Of a stretch of DNA of 64,000 nt, positions 20,915 through 30,005 are shown piece after piece. Where the stretch lies: the NCBI GenBank assembly GCA_030706745.1, contig JAUZNX010000006.1, positions 140,998 through 204,997 of the forward strand, read 5' to 3'. This DNA is from Bacteroidota bacterium. GTDB taxonomy: Bacteria; Bacteroidota; Ignavibacteria; Palsa-1295. The notes beneath the pieces were generated by a model. The model was not told where the DNA came from. It was given only the letters and a program-made list of their open reading frames with translations, and did no database searches. The number at the start of each line of letters is the position of its first letter. Positions within the stretch are counted from its first letter, which is position 1. The position numbers and the translations under genes were made by a program.

Positions 20915-21087
20915 ATGATGTCGTTGCAACACCGTGACCATCGAACAACGTTGTAATAGATGGAAGGGGTACTCTCGATTTATCGAGTTATTTCTGTGGG
21001 ACATTCGCCCGTTACTGGGGTCCAGTCAATTGAAATAGAACGGATCGGGATTTCACCTTTTGTTTGGAGTTCATTGACAATTGAAAT
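20915..21087 (+). promoter_or_regulatory. Conserved ~175-nt leader element, copy A (upstream of sdhA), preceded by the TATA-like box tatatat at about 20903–20909
   Basis: 88–95% identical to the reverse complement of 34204–34379. Contains two direct CAATTGAAAT repeats 51 nt apart. Confidence 0.7.
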
Positions 21088-21278
21088 ACCCTCATACCTC
21101 GCATTTAGCGGCCAATTGGATGCCCTGAACGAGATTGCTTCGTCGGCCTTCGGCCTCCCCGCAATGACGGCTTCAGAAAAACATCGCGTTCGTGTCGTAT
21201 TTTTGCAGGACAAAGGCGTTCTCCAAACGCAACCAGGGTTGCGTTCACCTCTGTTTGAAGGCGCGACGAAAGGAATTA

Positions 21279-23048
21279 ATGACACATCAATTCGACGTAA
21301 TCATAGTAGGCGCGGGCGGTGCAGGGCTTCGCGCGGCGGTGGAAATTCCTGCTGGCTACACGTGCGCGGTGCTGACGAAAGTGCATCCGCTCCGCTCGCA
21401 TACCGGCGCGGCCCAAGGCGGCGTCTGCGCTGCGCTGGGCAATCAGGAAGAGGATAATCCTGAGTGGCACGCATACGATACCGTCAAAGGCTCTGATTAT
21501 CTCGGCGATCAGGATGCAATCGAAACGATGTGCAACGATGCACCGCGCGCTGTGATCGAGTTGGAGCATATGGGCATGCCATTCTCTCGAACTGAGGAAG
21601 GCAAGATTGCGCAACGCAAGTTCGGCGGTCATACCCGTCCGACCGATCCGAACGATCCGGACTCAAAGCGAGTCGCAGTCATGCGCGCGTGCTACTCCGC
21701 GGACCGGACTGGCCATGTGATGCTACACACGCTCTATGAGAACTGCCTCAAGAACAATGTCAACTTCTTCAGCGAGTTTTTTGCGACGGAGTTGCTCTAT
21801 GAGAACGGCGTCTGCTCGGGCGTCATCGCAATCGAAATTCTGACCGGCGCGATTCATACCTTCCATGCAAAGGCTGTGATGTTCGCCACCGGCGGCGATG
21901 GCCGCATCTGGCGCATCACCTCGAACGCCCACGTCGGCACCGGCGATGGTTTCATGCTGACCTACAACGCAGGTCTGCCACTTGAAGACATGGAATTTAT
22001 GCAATTCCATCCGACGGGATTGTGGAAGCTTGGCATTCTGGTGAGCGAAGCAGCTCGCGGCGAAGGCGGTATCCTTCGCAATAAAGATGGTGAGCGTTTC
22101 ATGGAGCGCTACGCGCCGACCGTGAAAGATTTGGCTCCGCGCGACATGGTTTCGCGCGCAATCATTCAGGAGATTCGCGAAGGCCGCGGCATCAAGGGCT
22201 CCGATGGCACATTTTACATTGACCTCGATCTGACCCATTTGCCGGCATCGGTCATCAACGAGAAGCTTCCGGAAATCACTGGATTTGCGCGGACCTATCT
22301 TGGCGTCGAACCGACGACTGAAGGCGTGCCGATCCAGCCGACCGCGCACTATGCGATGGGCGGAATTCCGACTGACGTTGATGGTCAGGTGCGCAGCAAC
22401 AGCGGCGATGGCCTTGCGCGTGGATTCTATGCTGCGGGCGAGTGCGCTTGCGTTAGCGTTCATGGTGCGAATCGACTCGGCACGAATTCGCTGCTTGATA
22501 TCATCGTCTTTGGACGTCGAGGCGGTAAGGCAATTGCGAATTACCTGAAGGCTGGCGCGGAGTATGCGAAACTCCCGGCAACGGCCGGCGAGTGGACCCG
22601 CTCGAAGATCGATGAGATCAAGTCGCGCGCAACCGGCGAGAAACCCGCGCCAATCCGCACCGAATTGCAGCAGATCATGATGGATGACTGCGGTATTTTC
22701 CGCACCGCTAAAGGCTTAGAGAGCGTTCGTGATAAGATCGTCGGTCTTCGCGAACGATATTCTCGCGTCGTGATCGATGACAAGGGTATGCAATTCAATA
22801 CCGATCTGCTCGAAGCGATCGAGCTTGGCAACTTACTCGATACAGCTAACGTGGTTGTCAATTGCGCGTTAAATCGCGAGGAAACACGCGGTGGTCATGC
22901 CCGAGAGGACTTCCCTGAGCGAGACGATAAGAATTGGATGAAGCATACATTTGCCTCCAAGGGAAATCAGTCGGGCTTTGCGGCCCCAACCCTCGAATAC
23001 CGGCCTGTCGCTGTGACGAAGTACAAGCCAAAGAAACGCGTCTATTAG
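21279..23048 (+). CDS. sdhA: Succinate dehydrogenase/fumarate reductase flavoprotein subunit (SdhA/FrdA family); no sdhB/sdhC adjacent
   Basis: FAD-binding VIIVGAGGAGLRAA, RSHTGAAQGG, HYAMGGIPTD, 589 aa. ATG at 21279 after AAGGAA. Confidence 0.85.
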   Translation: MTHQFDVIIVGAGGAGLRAAVEIPAGYTCAVLTKVHPLRSHTGAAQGGVCAALGNQEEDNPEWHAYDTVKGSDYLGDQDAIETMCNDAPRAVIELEHMGMPFSRTEEGKIAQRKFGGHTRPTDPNDPDSKRVAVMRACYSADRTGHVMLHTLYENCLKNNVNFFSEFFATELLYENGVCSGVIAIEILTGAIHTFHAKAVMFATGGDGRIWRITSNAHVGTGDGFMLTYNAGLPLEDMEFMQFHPTGLWKLGILVSEAARGEGGILRNKDGERFMERYAPTVKDLAPRDMVSRAIIQEIREGRGIKGSDGTFYIDLDLTHLPASVINEKLPEITGFARTYLGVEPTTEGVPIQPTAHYAMGGIPTDVDGQVRSNSGDGLARGFYAAGECACVSVHGANRLGTNSLLDIIVFGRRGGKAIANYLKAGAEYAKLPATAGEWTRSKIDEIKSRATGEKPAPIRTELQQIMMDDCGIFRTAKGLESVRDKIVGLRERYSRVVIDDKGMQFNTDLLEAIELGNLLDTANVVVNCALNREETRGGHAREDFPERDDKNWMKHTFASKGNQSGFAAPTLEYRPVAVTKYKPKKRVY

Positions 23049-23194
23049 TAGTGGATAGTTGATAGTGGGTAGTGGACAGTTGAAATGCACAGAGTGGAGA
23101 TTGATCGATGAGAAGCGGATGCTGCCAATAGTATGGGCACTATCCATTTTCCTCTATTCACTATCCACTATTATCTACCCACTATCATCTACTG
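23048..23194. repeat. Long imperfect inverted repeat built from GTGGATAGT-type units (hairpin), copy 1
   Basis: Left arm gtagtggatagttgatagtgggtagtggacagttg pairs with right arm cactatccactattatctacccactatcatctactg. Related in sequence to 41350–41466. Confidence 0.7.
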
Positions 23195-23829
23195 CGCAGA
23201 ACATGCCGCGTGAGGCGGGATTTCTGTTTGCAGCGAACGGTCAAGCGTCACTGGTGAAGAGCAATGATATCAATCGCGGATTCTTCACGAACCCGACGAT
23301 CGAGCACTTCTACTATAGCTTTGAGACCAATGGTGTGCAGTCGCTCTCGATCTTTCTCGAGCATATTAATGAAACTCGAAATTGGAGCGGCATTTGGACT
23401 GATGCGCAAATACTCGGTGGCTCCAAGAACTTTCCAGCGAGCGTATCAGAGAATCTCCAGGTGACCGTGATCGGTTTGGAGACAAATCGGACGCTCATCA
23501 CGGCATCCGATTTTCGTCTCGGTGCTGGATTTGGATTGGGCTTCGGTCTCGGTGGTGCATCAGCGGATGTCACACACGATACGACAAATATTACCGACAC
23601 ACACACATCGGAGACTGCATGGCAGGCGCTCCTAATGGCCGCGTCACTCCGGGCGCGTTACACGATTTGGACTGGTGGCAAATATGAAATCGCGATTGTC
23701 GCGTTGGGTCGAGTATGGTACTTTCCTTATATCGGCCCTATCGGCAGTGCAAGTCGTTCATATAACGGCCCCGGCTTGCGTACCCTAAGTGAATATGGCT
23801 ATCTGGCCGGTCTTGCGTTCGGATTCTGA
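23119..23829 (+). CDS. Putative outer-membrane beta-barrel protein. Start uncertain: ATG at 23119 gives a signal peptide; alternative ATG at 23203 sits just after the hairpin.
   Basis: Gly-rich strands (GAGFGLGFGLGG), C-terminal ...GLAFGF ending in F. Confidence 0.5.
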   Translation: MLPIVWALSIFLYSLSTIIYPLSSTAQNMPREAGFLFAANGQASLVKSNDINRGFFTNPTIEHFYYSFETNGVQSLSIFLEHINETRNWSGIWTDAQILGGSKNFPASVSENLQVTVIGLETNRTLITASDFRLGAGFGLGFGLGGASADVTHDTTNITDTHTSETAWQALLMAASLRARYTIWTGGKYEIAIVALGRVWYFPYIGPIGSASRSYNGPGLRTLSEYGYLAGLAFGF

Positions 23830-26800
23830 GGCGTTCAGCACAATACAGGCTTCACCGCTCAAGAATTTGCAGTCCGGACAATGCTTGAGATTACGGTCCA
23901 GATCGATGAGATCCGTCACCATTTCGTTCTGTCGAATCCGCTCGATCATCGCGTCACACTCGACCTCCAGTCCGATGAAATCTTCAGGAGTAAAGGAGAA
24001 TTCCAAGGCTTCGCCTCGGTCAGTATAGAAGAGAATTGACTTTATGCACGACTCTTCGGGATACATGAGATGGACGAGATATGCATAGAAACGCAGCTGA
24101 AATTTGTGGCGCTCTCGGTTGGCGCGATCGCGTTCTTTATTATGACTATGTTCCGTTTTGTAATCCAGGATGGTCCAAATGCCATCCGCATCGCGATACA
24201 GCCGGTCAATGATACCATAGAATGTATTACCACTTGGCACCTGGGTCTGCAAAGAATACTCTGTACGAACATCGCTTGCAGCGATGACTTTCAAAGCCAG
24301 CGGTGAATCGATAACATTCTGAATGTGGCGCAGTGCCTCGTGCCGCAGCTTCGATTGTTCGCGAGTATCCAACACACCAAGCGAGAAGAATACGGTGCTT
24401 AACTCACGGTCCACTTTGGCGGCGTTCACCGTTCGACCCGTAACGAGGGAATCGATCGAGGCGAGCACTCTATGAACGATCTGGCCCAGCAATGATCCGC
24501 GAACCGTCTCGGAGAGAAGATCCGCTTCAAGATCGTAAGCAAGTCTCGGCTCTTCCGGAAGCCCGAGAGCATATGACAGATGATACTTCGTCGGACATTC
24601 CCGGAATCTGAGGAATTGTGTTGCACTATACCGTGAGGTGCTTCGCTCAATCGTGATCGGCGAAAGATGGAACGGCCCAAGTTCATCGGGAGCCTCAACG
24701 GTCGTGTCACGCCGAGCAAGGGGAATATCACTCTCGGTTCGCAACAAGGGTATCGCAAACTTGATAAAAGTCTCCGATCGTTCGCGGCGGTTGGAATCGT
24801 ACCGAGTTACTCGCTCTTCAAGCGGAATGGTGCTACATGACTCATCAAAAACCGCGGGCAATGCCGCACCCGCCCACGCCAACCAACTATCTTTCGGCGA
24901 ATTCATTGGCAGTGTGGAAGAGAGAATCAAATGGTCGCGAGCACGCGTCATTGCAACATAGAAGATACGCTTCTCCTCGGCGATGGTCCGAGCGTGAAAT
25001 TCTTCGCGTATGATTTCGGCGATAAGCGGCTGTCGCTCGGCATCGGAGAAACGGATATGGAGCCCAATTTCGGGATCCAGCATTCCGCGTGAATCGAACT
25101 GAAAGCGCTTCTGAAGAAAGGGAATGACTACGATCGGAAATTCCAAACCTTTCGCGGCATGGACGGTCATGATCCGAACTGCATCTGTCACGCCGGCCGA
25201 ATCGGCCTGCGACTCTTTTTCGTCTTCATCGATCAGATACTGAATGCGTTCGACAAAATCGAACAGGCTCGAAAACCCTCCGGCATCGGATGCGCGAGCC
25301 ATGCCTAGGAATTTCTCGAGGTTCGCAATCTTTTGGCGGCCATCGGCACCCGCCGCAAGCGTAGCGAACATTCCTGTCTCGGAGTATATTTTCTCGAGTA
25401 GGAACGCGGCACCGGTTCGGCCAGCAATCGCAAGATTTGCTTCAAGTAGCTCAAGCGCATGCAACAAATATGGTTTCGGAGCTTGCGAGCAGTAGCGGCG
25501 AAGTTTATCCCAGAAGCTGAGCGCAACGCCCTCCTGATGCTTTGCACTGTGAAGTGCAATCTGAAACAGATCGACATCGCTGAGCGCGAAGAATGGAGAG
25601 CGCAGGATGGCGATCAGTGCAATATCATTGTTTGGCGAAATCAAAAAAGAAAGGTAGCTGGTCGCATCGAGTATTTCCTGTTGGAGAAAGAATCCAGCGC
25701 CCTTCGAGACTACGAACGGAATTCCCAATGCATGAAGCGATCGCTCGATCAACGGAAGATTAGTCCGGGATCGCAACAAGATTGCCACATCGCCATATCG
25801 AGCTTCGCGCAGGTTGCCGTTCTCTTCGATCTGATATCGAGTATTGCCGACAATCACAGCGATTTTTCGAGCAATGAGTTCGGATTCTGCGGCATCCTCG
25901 GAGATAGAGTCTTCCCCCTCGACGCCTTCCCCAAGCGATGATTTTGAGGGCCTTACTGGACAGATCCACTCCACCCCTCCGGCAGTTTCGACGACGCGAC
26001 CAAAGATCAGTTCTGAGTATGCCACCTCATGCCTGGCCGCGAACGGCATCGTGGCTGGCTGCATCAGCGTGTGAAATAGCTTATTGATTGTGGCCAGAGG
26101 TCGCGATGCCATCCGAAAGGATTCACCGAGTTGAATGCGGCCCCGCTCCTCTTCGGGACTGAGCGAAAGTGTGATCGACTCCGCGAGTGCATCTCCGGAA
26201 AGTACTTGCCCGGAAATCTTCGATTCGGTCTCGTGAAAGACAGCCACATCGGCATTTCGGAAGCCATAGATCGACTGCTTTGGGTCGCCAACGATCATGA
26301 GGTTCGTATGTGCACTGAAATTCTCTGTGAGAAGTCGTGCAAGCTCGAATTGCGAAGCGTCTGTATCTTGAAACTCATCAATCATAATGAACCGGAACTG
26401 GCGGCTCAGCTCCTCGCGAATCCGCGGCTCTTCGAGCAGACGATGAAACCGCTGAATCAGATCATTGAAATCGAGAAGTCCGTATGCGGATTTGTCTGCA
26501 GTATATTCTATTGCGACTTGATCGGCAAGGGTCGTCGCGCTTCGCATGAGCGAGATGTACGCCCGATGCTCGCGGAGCCAATCTTCCTCAGATGCAGGAA
26601 TGGACTCCAGTAGGGATTTATGTCGCTGGATGTATGCAACAAACTCCTCGCGCTCTGCTACGAGGTCAGGAGATACATTTTTGAGATCGATGCGTTGCGA
26701 ATGAATCGTGCCTGCGTTGGTCATCATCTTTTTGGCCAATGCGGCGAATGCGAACACTACTGCAAATGGCTCCCTGGCCTTGAGATACGCCTCGAAATAT

Positions 26801-27570
26801 GGCACAACTTCCTTGCCTAATTTTCCGGTCTTCACGTTTGCGTAAAGATCCGAGATCAAATCTCTGGCGGATTGAGGATATTGCAGAAGCGTTTCAGCCT
26901 TCTCGCGCCACGAGGAGAGGATGGTATCATCAGTCAACACCAGCAGCTTCAAACGAAGGGCATTCGTGCGAGCAGGATTTGCGAGTAACGTGCGAACCAG
27001 TTGGCTCACTTCCTTTCGACCGAGCGCGCGGAAGAGGTGCAACACCGGCGGCTCTTCTGGCTGCTCGTAAGCCTCATCGAGCAGTGAGTAAAATGTGCGC
27101 TCGATTACCTCTTCCCGCAAGAGCCGCTCATCCGCCCCTTCAATGATAGAAAAGCTGGCATCGACATTTGCCTCAACCGGATAGGAGCGGAGCATCCGAG
27201 ATGCAAAGCTGTGGATCGTTCCGATGAACGCGCTGGGAAGGGTATCTCGCAATCGTGTCAGACGGGACCGTCGATCACTCACTCGCGGAAGTGCTGCGAT
27301 TCGCTCATTGACCTCGCCAAGGATCTTCTTTCGGAGCTCCGCTCCGGCATTTTCCGTAAAGGTAATCGCAACGACATTTTGGGCCTGGAGGTCCGGGGCG
27401 GTTTCGAACAGATTGACATACCGTTCGACGAGCACGCGCGTCTTACCTGAACCGGCATTCGCCGTAATGGCAAGATGTCGCTCAGTACTCAGGGCTTTTT
27501 GTTGTGTGGGAGTTAGCTGGAGCACGATGTAGTTACAAGACTGCAATGCGAATGAGTCCCGAAGAGACAT
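23785..27570 (-). CDS. UvrD/Rep-type helicase fused to a C-terminal PD-(D/E)XK (RecB/AddAB/Cas4-like) nuclease domain with a Cys cluster
   Basis: Walker A ANAGSGKTR, helicase motifs (MIDEFQDTD, VGDPKQSIY, TVHAAKGLEF, FYVAMTRA). C-terminal ...DYKTE...CPDCKFLSGEAC. 1261 aa. Confidence 0.8.
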   Translation of the reverse strand: MSLRDSFALQSCNYIVLQLTPTQQKALSTERHLAITANAGSGKTRVLVERYVNLFETAPDLQAQNVVAITFTENAGAELRKKILGEVNERIAALPRVSDRRSRLTRLRDTLPSAFIGTIHSFASRMLRSYPVEANVDASFSIIEGADERLLREEVIERTFYSLLDEAYEQPEEPPVLHLFRALGRKEVSQLVRTLLANPARTNALRLKLLVLTDDTILSSWREKAETLLQYPQSARDLISDLYANVKTGKLGKEVVPYFEAYLKAREPFAVVFAFAALAKKMMTNAGTIHSQRIDLKNVSPDLVAEREEFVAYIQRHKSLLESIPASEEDWLREHRAYISLMRSATTLADQVAIEYTADKSAYGLLDFNDLIQRFHRLLEEPRIREELSRQFRFIMIDEFQDTDASQFELARLLTENFSAHTNLMIVGDPKQSIYGFRNADVAVFHETESKISGQVLSGDALAESITLSLSPEEERGRIQLGESFRMASRPLATINKLFHTLMQPATMPFAARHEVAYSELIFGRVVETAGGVEWICPVRPSKSSLGEGVEGEDSISEDAAESELIARKIAVIVGNTRYQIEENGNLREARYGDVAILLRSRTNLPLIERSLHALGIPFVVSKGAGFFLQQEILDATSYLSFLISPNNDIALIAILRSPFFALSDVDLFQIALHSAKHQEGVALSFWDKLRRYCSQAPKPYLLHALELLEANLAIAGRTGAAFLLEKIYSETGMFATLAAGADGRQKIANLEKFLGMARASDAGGFSSLFDFVERIQYLIDEDEKESQADSAGVTDAVRIMTVHAAKGLEFPIVVIPFLQKRFQFDSRGMLDPEIGLHIRFSDAERQPLIAEIIREEFHARTIAEEKRIFYVAMTRARDHLILSSTLPMNSPKDSWLAWAGAALPAVFDESCSTIPLEERVTRYDSNRRERSETFIKFAIPLLRTESDIPLARRDTTVEAPDELGPFHLSPITIERSTSRYSATQFLRFRECPTKYHLSYALGLPEEPRLAYDLEADLLSETVRGSLLGQIVHRVLASIDSLVTGRTVNAAKVDRELSTVFFSLGVLDTREQSKLRHEALRHIQNVIDSPLALKVIAASDVRTEYSLQTQVPSGNTFYGIIDRLYRDADGIWTILDYKTEHSHNKERDRANRERHKFQLRFYAYLVHLMYPEESCIKSILFYTDRGEALEFSFTPEDFIGLEVECDAMIERIRQNEMVTDLIDLDRNLKHCPDCKFLSGEACIVLNASESERKTGQIAIFT

Positions 27571-29114
27571 TTCTCGGCCAAGTTCTGATGCCTCGGCTCA
27601 ATGCCGAGGCATTTGCGGAGGACAGTGCTTATCGCGAACGAATATTCCGCCTCGTGCGTGAAAACAAGGCTGGCGGGTTTTGCATGTTCGGCAGCCAAGC
27701 AGAATCCGTCGCGAATGCTGTAACGGTACTACAAAATGAGGCTGGGCATCGGACACATCTCGATGGGACACCGAAGTCCTTGATCTTTTCAGCCGACTGT
27801 GAATTTGGCCTGCCCATGCGGTTCGAGTGTGGGACCGAATTCCCAGATGCGATGGCAATCGCCAAAGCCGGCGAACCAGGACTCGCGTATCAAGTTGGAC
27901 AGGCGATAGCCAACGAAATGCGGGCGCTCGGACTTTCCTGGAATTTTGCGCCAGTTGCGGACGTAAATTCGAATCCGGATAACCCGATCATCAATACGCG
28001 CTCATTCGGAGATAATCCCGAGACAGTCTCAACGTTCGCTCTTCCGTTTATGCTTGGTCTGCAATCCGAGCACGTGAATGCAACAGCAAAGCACTTTCCC
28101 GGCCATGGTGACACATCCGTGGATTCGCATCGTGCGTTACCGGTGATTCTGGATGGTGTTTCGCGCTTTGAGAAAATCGAGCTACCACCATTCAGATCAA
28201 TGATCCAGCATGGGGTCAAGTCGATCATGACAGGTCATCTTGCGACGCCAGAGTTTGCACGAGTACTTGGTGCGCAACCCAATGAATGCGAATTGCCCGC
28301 TACCATTTCAAGACTCCTGACAACGGAGTTGCTCCGTAATCGACTTGGATTTGATGGGGTCATTGTTACGGACGCATTGGAGATGCGTGCCATTAGAGCT
28401 TCTTTTGATGATGGCGAAGCCACCGTGAAAGCATTTCTCGCCGGGGCAGACATCATCCTGATGCCACCAGAACCTGAAATTGCATTCGATGCATTACTGC
28501 AAGCCACGAATCACGCAAGGATCACGAGCGGACATATCCTCGCACGAATATCGCGGATCCGTTCGCTGAAGACATTTGCCGGCAATCCCGCACCAAATCT
28601 CGAACGACTGAGCCACCTGGAAAGCGAGAATAAATCGCTCGCGACCGAAATAGCACGCCGCGCAATCGAATTGACTGGCAAAGCGGAAATGCGTTCAAGA
28701 TCGCTCATCGTCTTGATCGACAATGGAGCCAAAGCCATTCAAAGAAGTGAAGAATTCATCGCAGGTGTAAGAAGCCTCTTTGACAGTATCAAGACTGTTG
28801 TAGCCAGTTCCGGCGAAATTCCAATATTGAATGAAGATACGGTGCTGGCCGTCTTTCATCGGGCTCGCGGTTACATCGATTCTACTGCAACCGAATGGTC
28901 CGTCCCACGTATGATGCGCAGCATAGGCGCAACGCTCGCGGAGCACGGGCCAGGATTTGCCGGGCTTATTTTGTTTGGAGATCCGTATCTCGATCGGCAT
29001 TTTGCACCCTTAGGCGAACACGCGCCTCACTTTATTCTAAAAGCATTTAGTGAATCGTCGGCTTCCATCGAAGCAGCAACAGAGACACTTCGGAACATTC
29101 GCAACGTACAATGA
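27546..29114 (+). CDS. Glycoside hydrolase family 3 protein (NagZ-like beta-N-acetylhexosaminidase domain)
   Basis: KHFPGHGDTSVDSH catalytic motif. ATG at 27546; its start region overlaps the divergent helicase start. Confidence 0.8.
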   Translation: MRMSPEETFLGQVLMPRLNAEAFAEDSAYRERIFRLVRENKAGGFCMFGSQAESVANAVTVLQNEAGHRTHLDGTPKSLIFSADCEFGLPMRFECGTEFPDAMAIAKAGEPGLAYQVGQAIANEMRALGLSWNFAPVADVNSNPDNPIINTRSFGDNPETVSTFALPFMLGLQSEHVNATAKHFPGHGDTSVDSHRALPVILDGVSRFEKIELPPFRSMIQHGVKSIMTGHLATPEFARVLGAQPNECELPATISRLLTTELLRNRLGFDGVIVTDALEMRAIRASFDDGEATVKAFLAGADIILMPPEPEIAFDALLQATNHARITSGHILARISRIRSLKTFAGNPAPNLERLSHLESENKSLATEIARRAIELTGKAEMRSRSLIVLIDNGAKAIQRSEEFIAGVRSLFDSIKTVVASSGEIPILNEDTVLAVFHRARGYIDSTATEWSVPRMMRSIGATLAEHGPGFAGLILFGDPYLDRHFAPLGEHAPHFILKAFSESSASIEAATETLRNIRNVQ

Positions 29115-29650
29115 GAATCGCGATCTTTCTTGCCGCTTGCTTTCTTGTCTCATGCTCGAGCAAGACCGTGACCCGGACATCGAATGACCAGACATCACGC
29201 ACAAGCACTGCCGCTGCCAAGGCTCCGTTTAAGTTCAGCTTTCGGATTAGCGGTAGTGGACTTGAGAACAAGCCTTATGATATGCTCCTCATGGACACAA
29301 ATCATATGATGGGTGTCCATACCACCAAGCGTGGAAAGGACGGAAAGTTTCACACGATAAATGCACTCGCTCAACTGGAGCCAGCCGATTTCGATACGTT
29401 ACAACAACTGATTATTAAGGGCAGACTCTATGCCATAGACTCGGCCGACGTAACACAGGTTTGCCCGGAGGATGAGCTCTATCAAATGGATATTGTCCCG
29501 CTTGCGGAGATCAAGCCAGTTCGATTAGATTTCAGTGCCTGTGCAGCCGATTATAACCTTCTGCTGCAACCAGAACGCACCTATTTCCGCAGAATCATCG
29601 ACTGGTTCGAGCGAATAAGGGTTAAGTATCGTCCCGAACAACCAGAATAA
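29111..29650 (+). CDS. Lipoprotein, hypothetical
   Basis: Lipobox LVSCSS. ATGA overlap with the GH3 gene stop. Confidence 0.6.
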   Translation: MRIAIFLAACFLVSCSSKTVTRTSNDQTSRTSTAAAKAPFKFSFRISGSGLENKPYDMLLMDTNHMMGVHTTKRGKDGKFHTINALAQLEPADFDTLQQLIIKGRLYAIDSADVTQVCPEDELYQMDIVPLAEIKPVRLDFSACAADYNLLLQPERTYFRRIIDWFERIRVKYRPEQPE

Positions 29651-29665
29651 GGAAAGCCGGAAACG

Positions 29666-29881
29666 CTAATTGTTCTGATACTCGCCAAGTGCCACTCCAC
29701 TTGGATATTCGAGGCCTAACTCGTGGTAGAGATCGGCGAGATTGCGAGTATTGTAATCTTTACGGGTGATCTTCTTGCCAGTTCGAGAAAGCCGGTTCAG
29801 TTCACGGACCTTATCATCTTGTGCGCGCTCGAACCCATCGGCAAGCGCACGCTCCATCTTATCTTTTAGTGATTCTCCCAT
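29666..29881 (-). CDS. Small hypothetical protein (71 aa)
   Basis: ORF only, downstream of and co-oriented with the NtrC-like gene. Confidence 0.35.
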   Translation of the reverse strand: MGESLKDKMERALADGFERAQDDKVRELNRLSRTGKKITRKDYNTRNLADLYHELGLEYPSGVALGEYQNN

Positions 29882-30005
29882 TCGTTTTGCTTAGAGTGAG
29901 GTAGTCGCGCAGGGCGGACCAAATACTGTTTTGAAAGAACAGGAACGCAACGCACAGGGCTGCGCGAAGGTTCGTGATTTTTTGTTGAGCAGATGGCTGC
30001 TGCGC

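Noticed and set aside
20960-21457. ORFs through the conserved leader element (20960–21457 on the plus strand, 20980–21285 on the minus strand) and the matching ORF at 33796–34383, which share peptide strings such as ISIVNELQTKG.IPIRS.SIDWTPVTGECPTE
   Set aside because: The shared peptide strings are a by-product of nucleotide-level conservation. Indels between the two copies break the frames. I interpret the region as non-coding.
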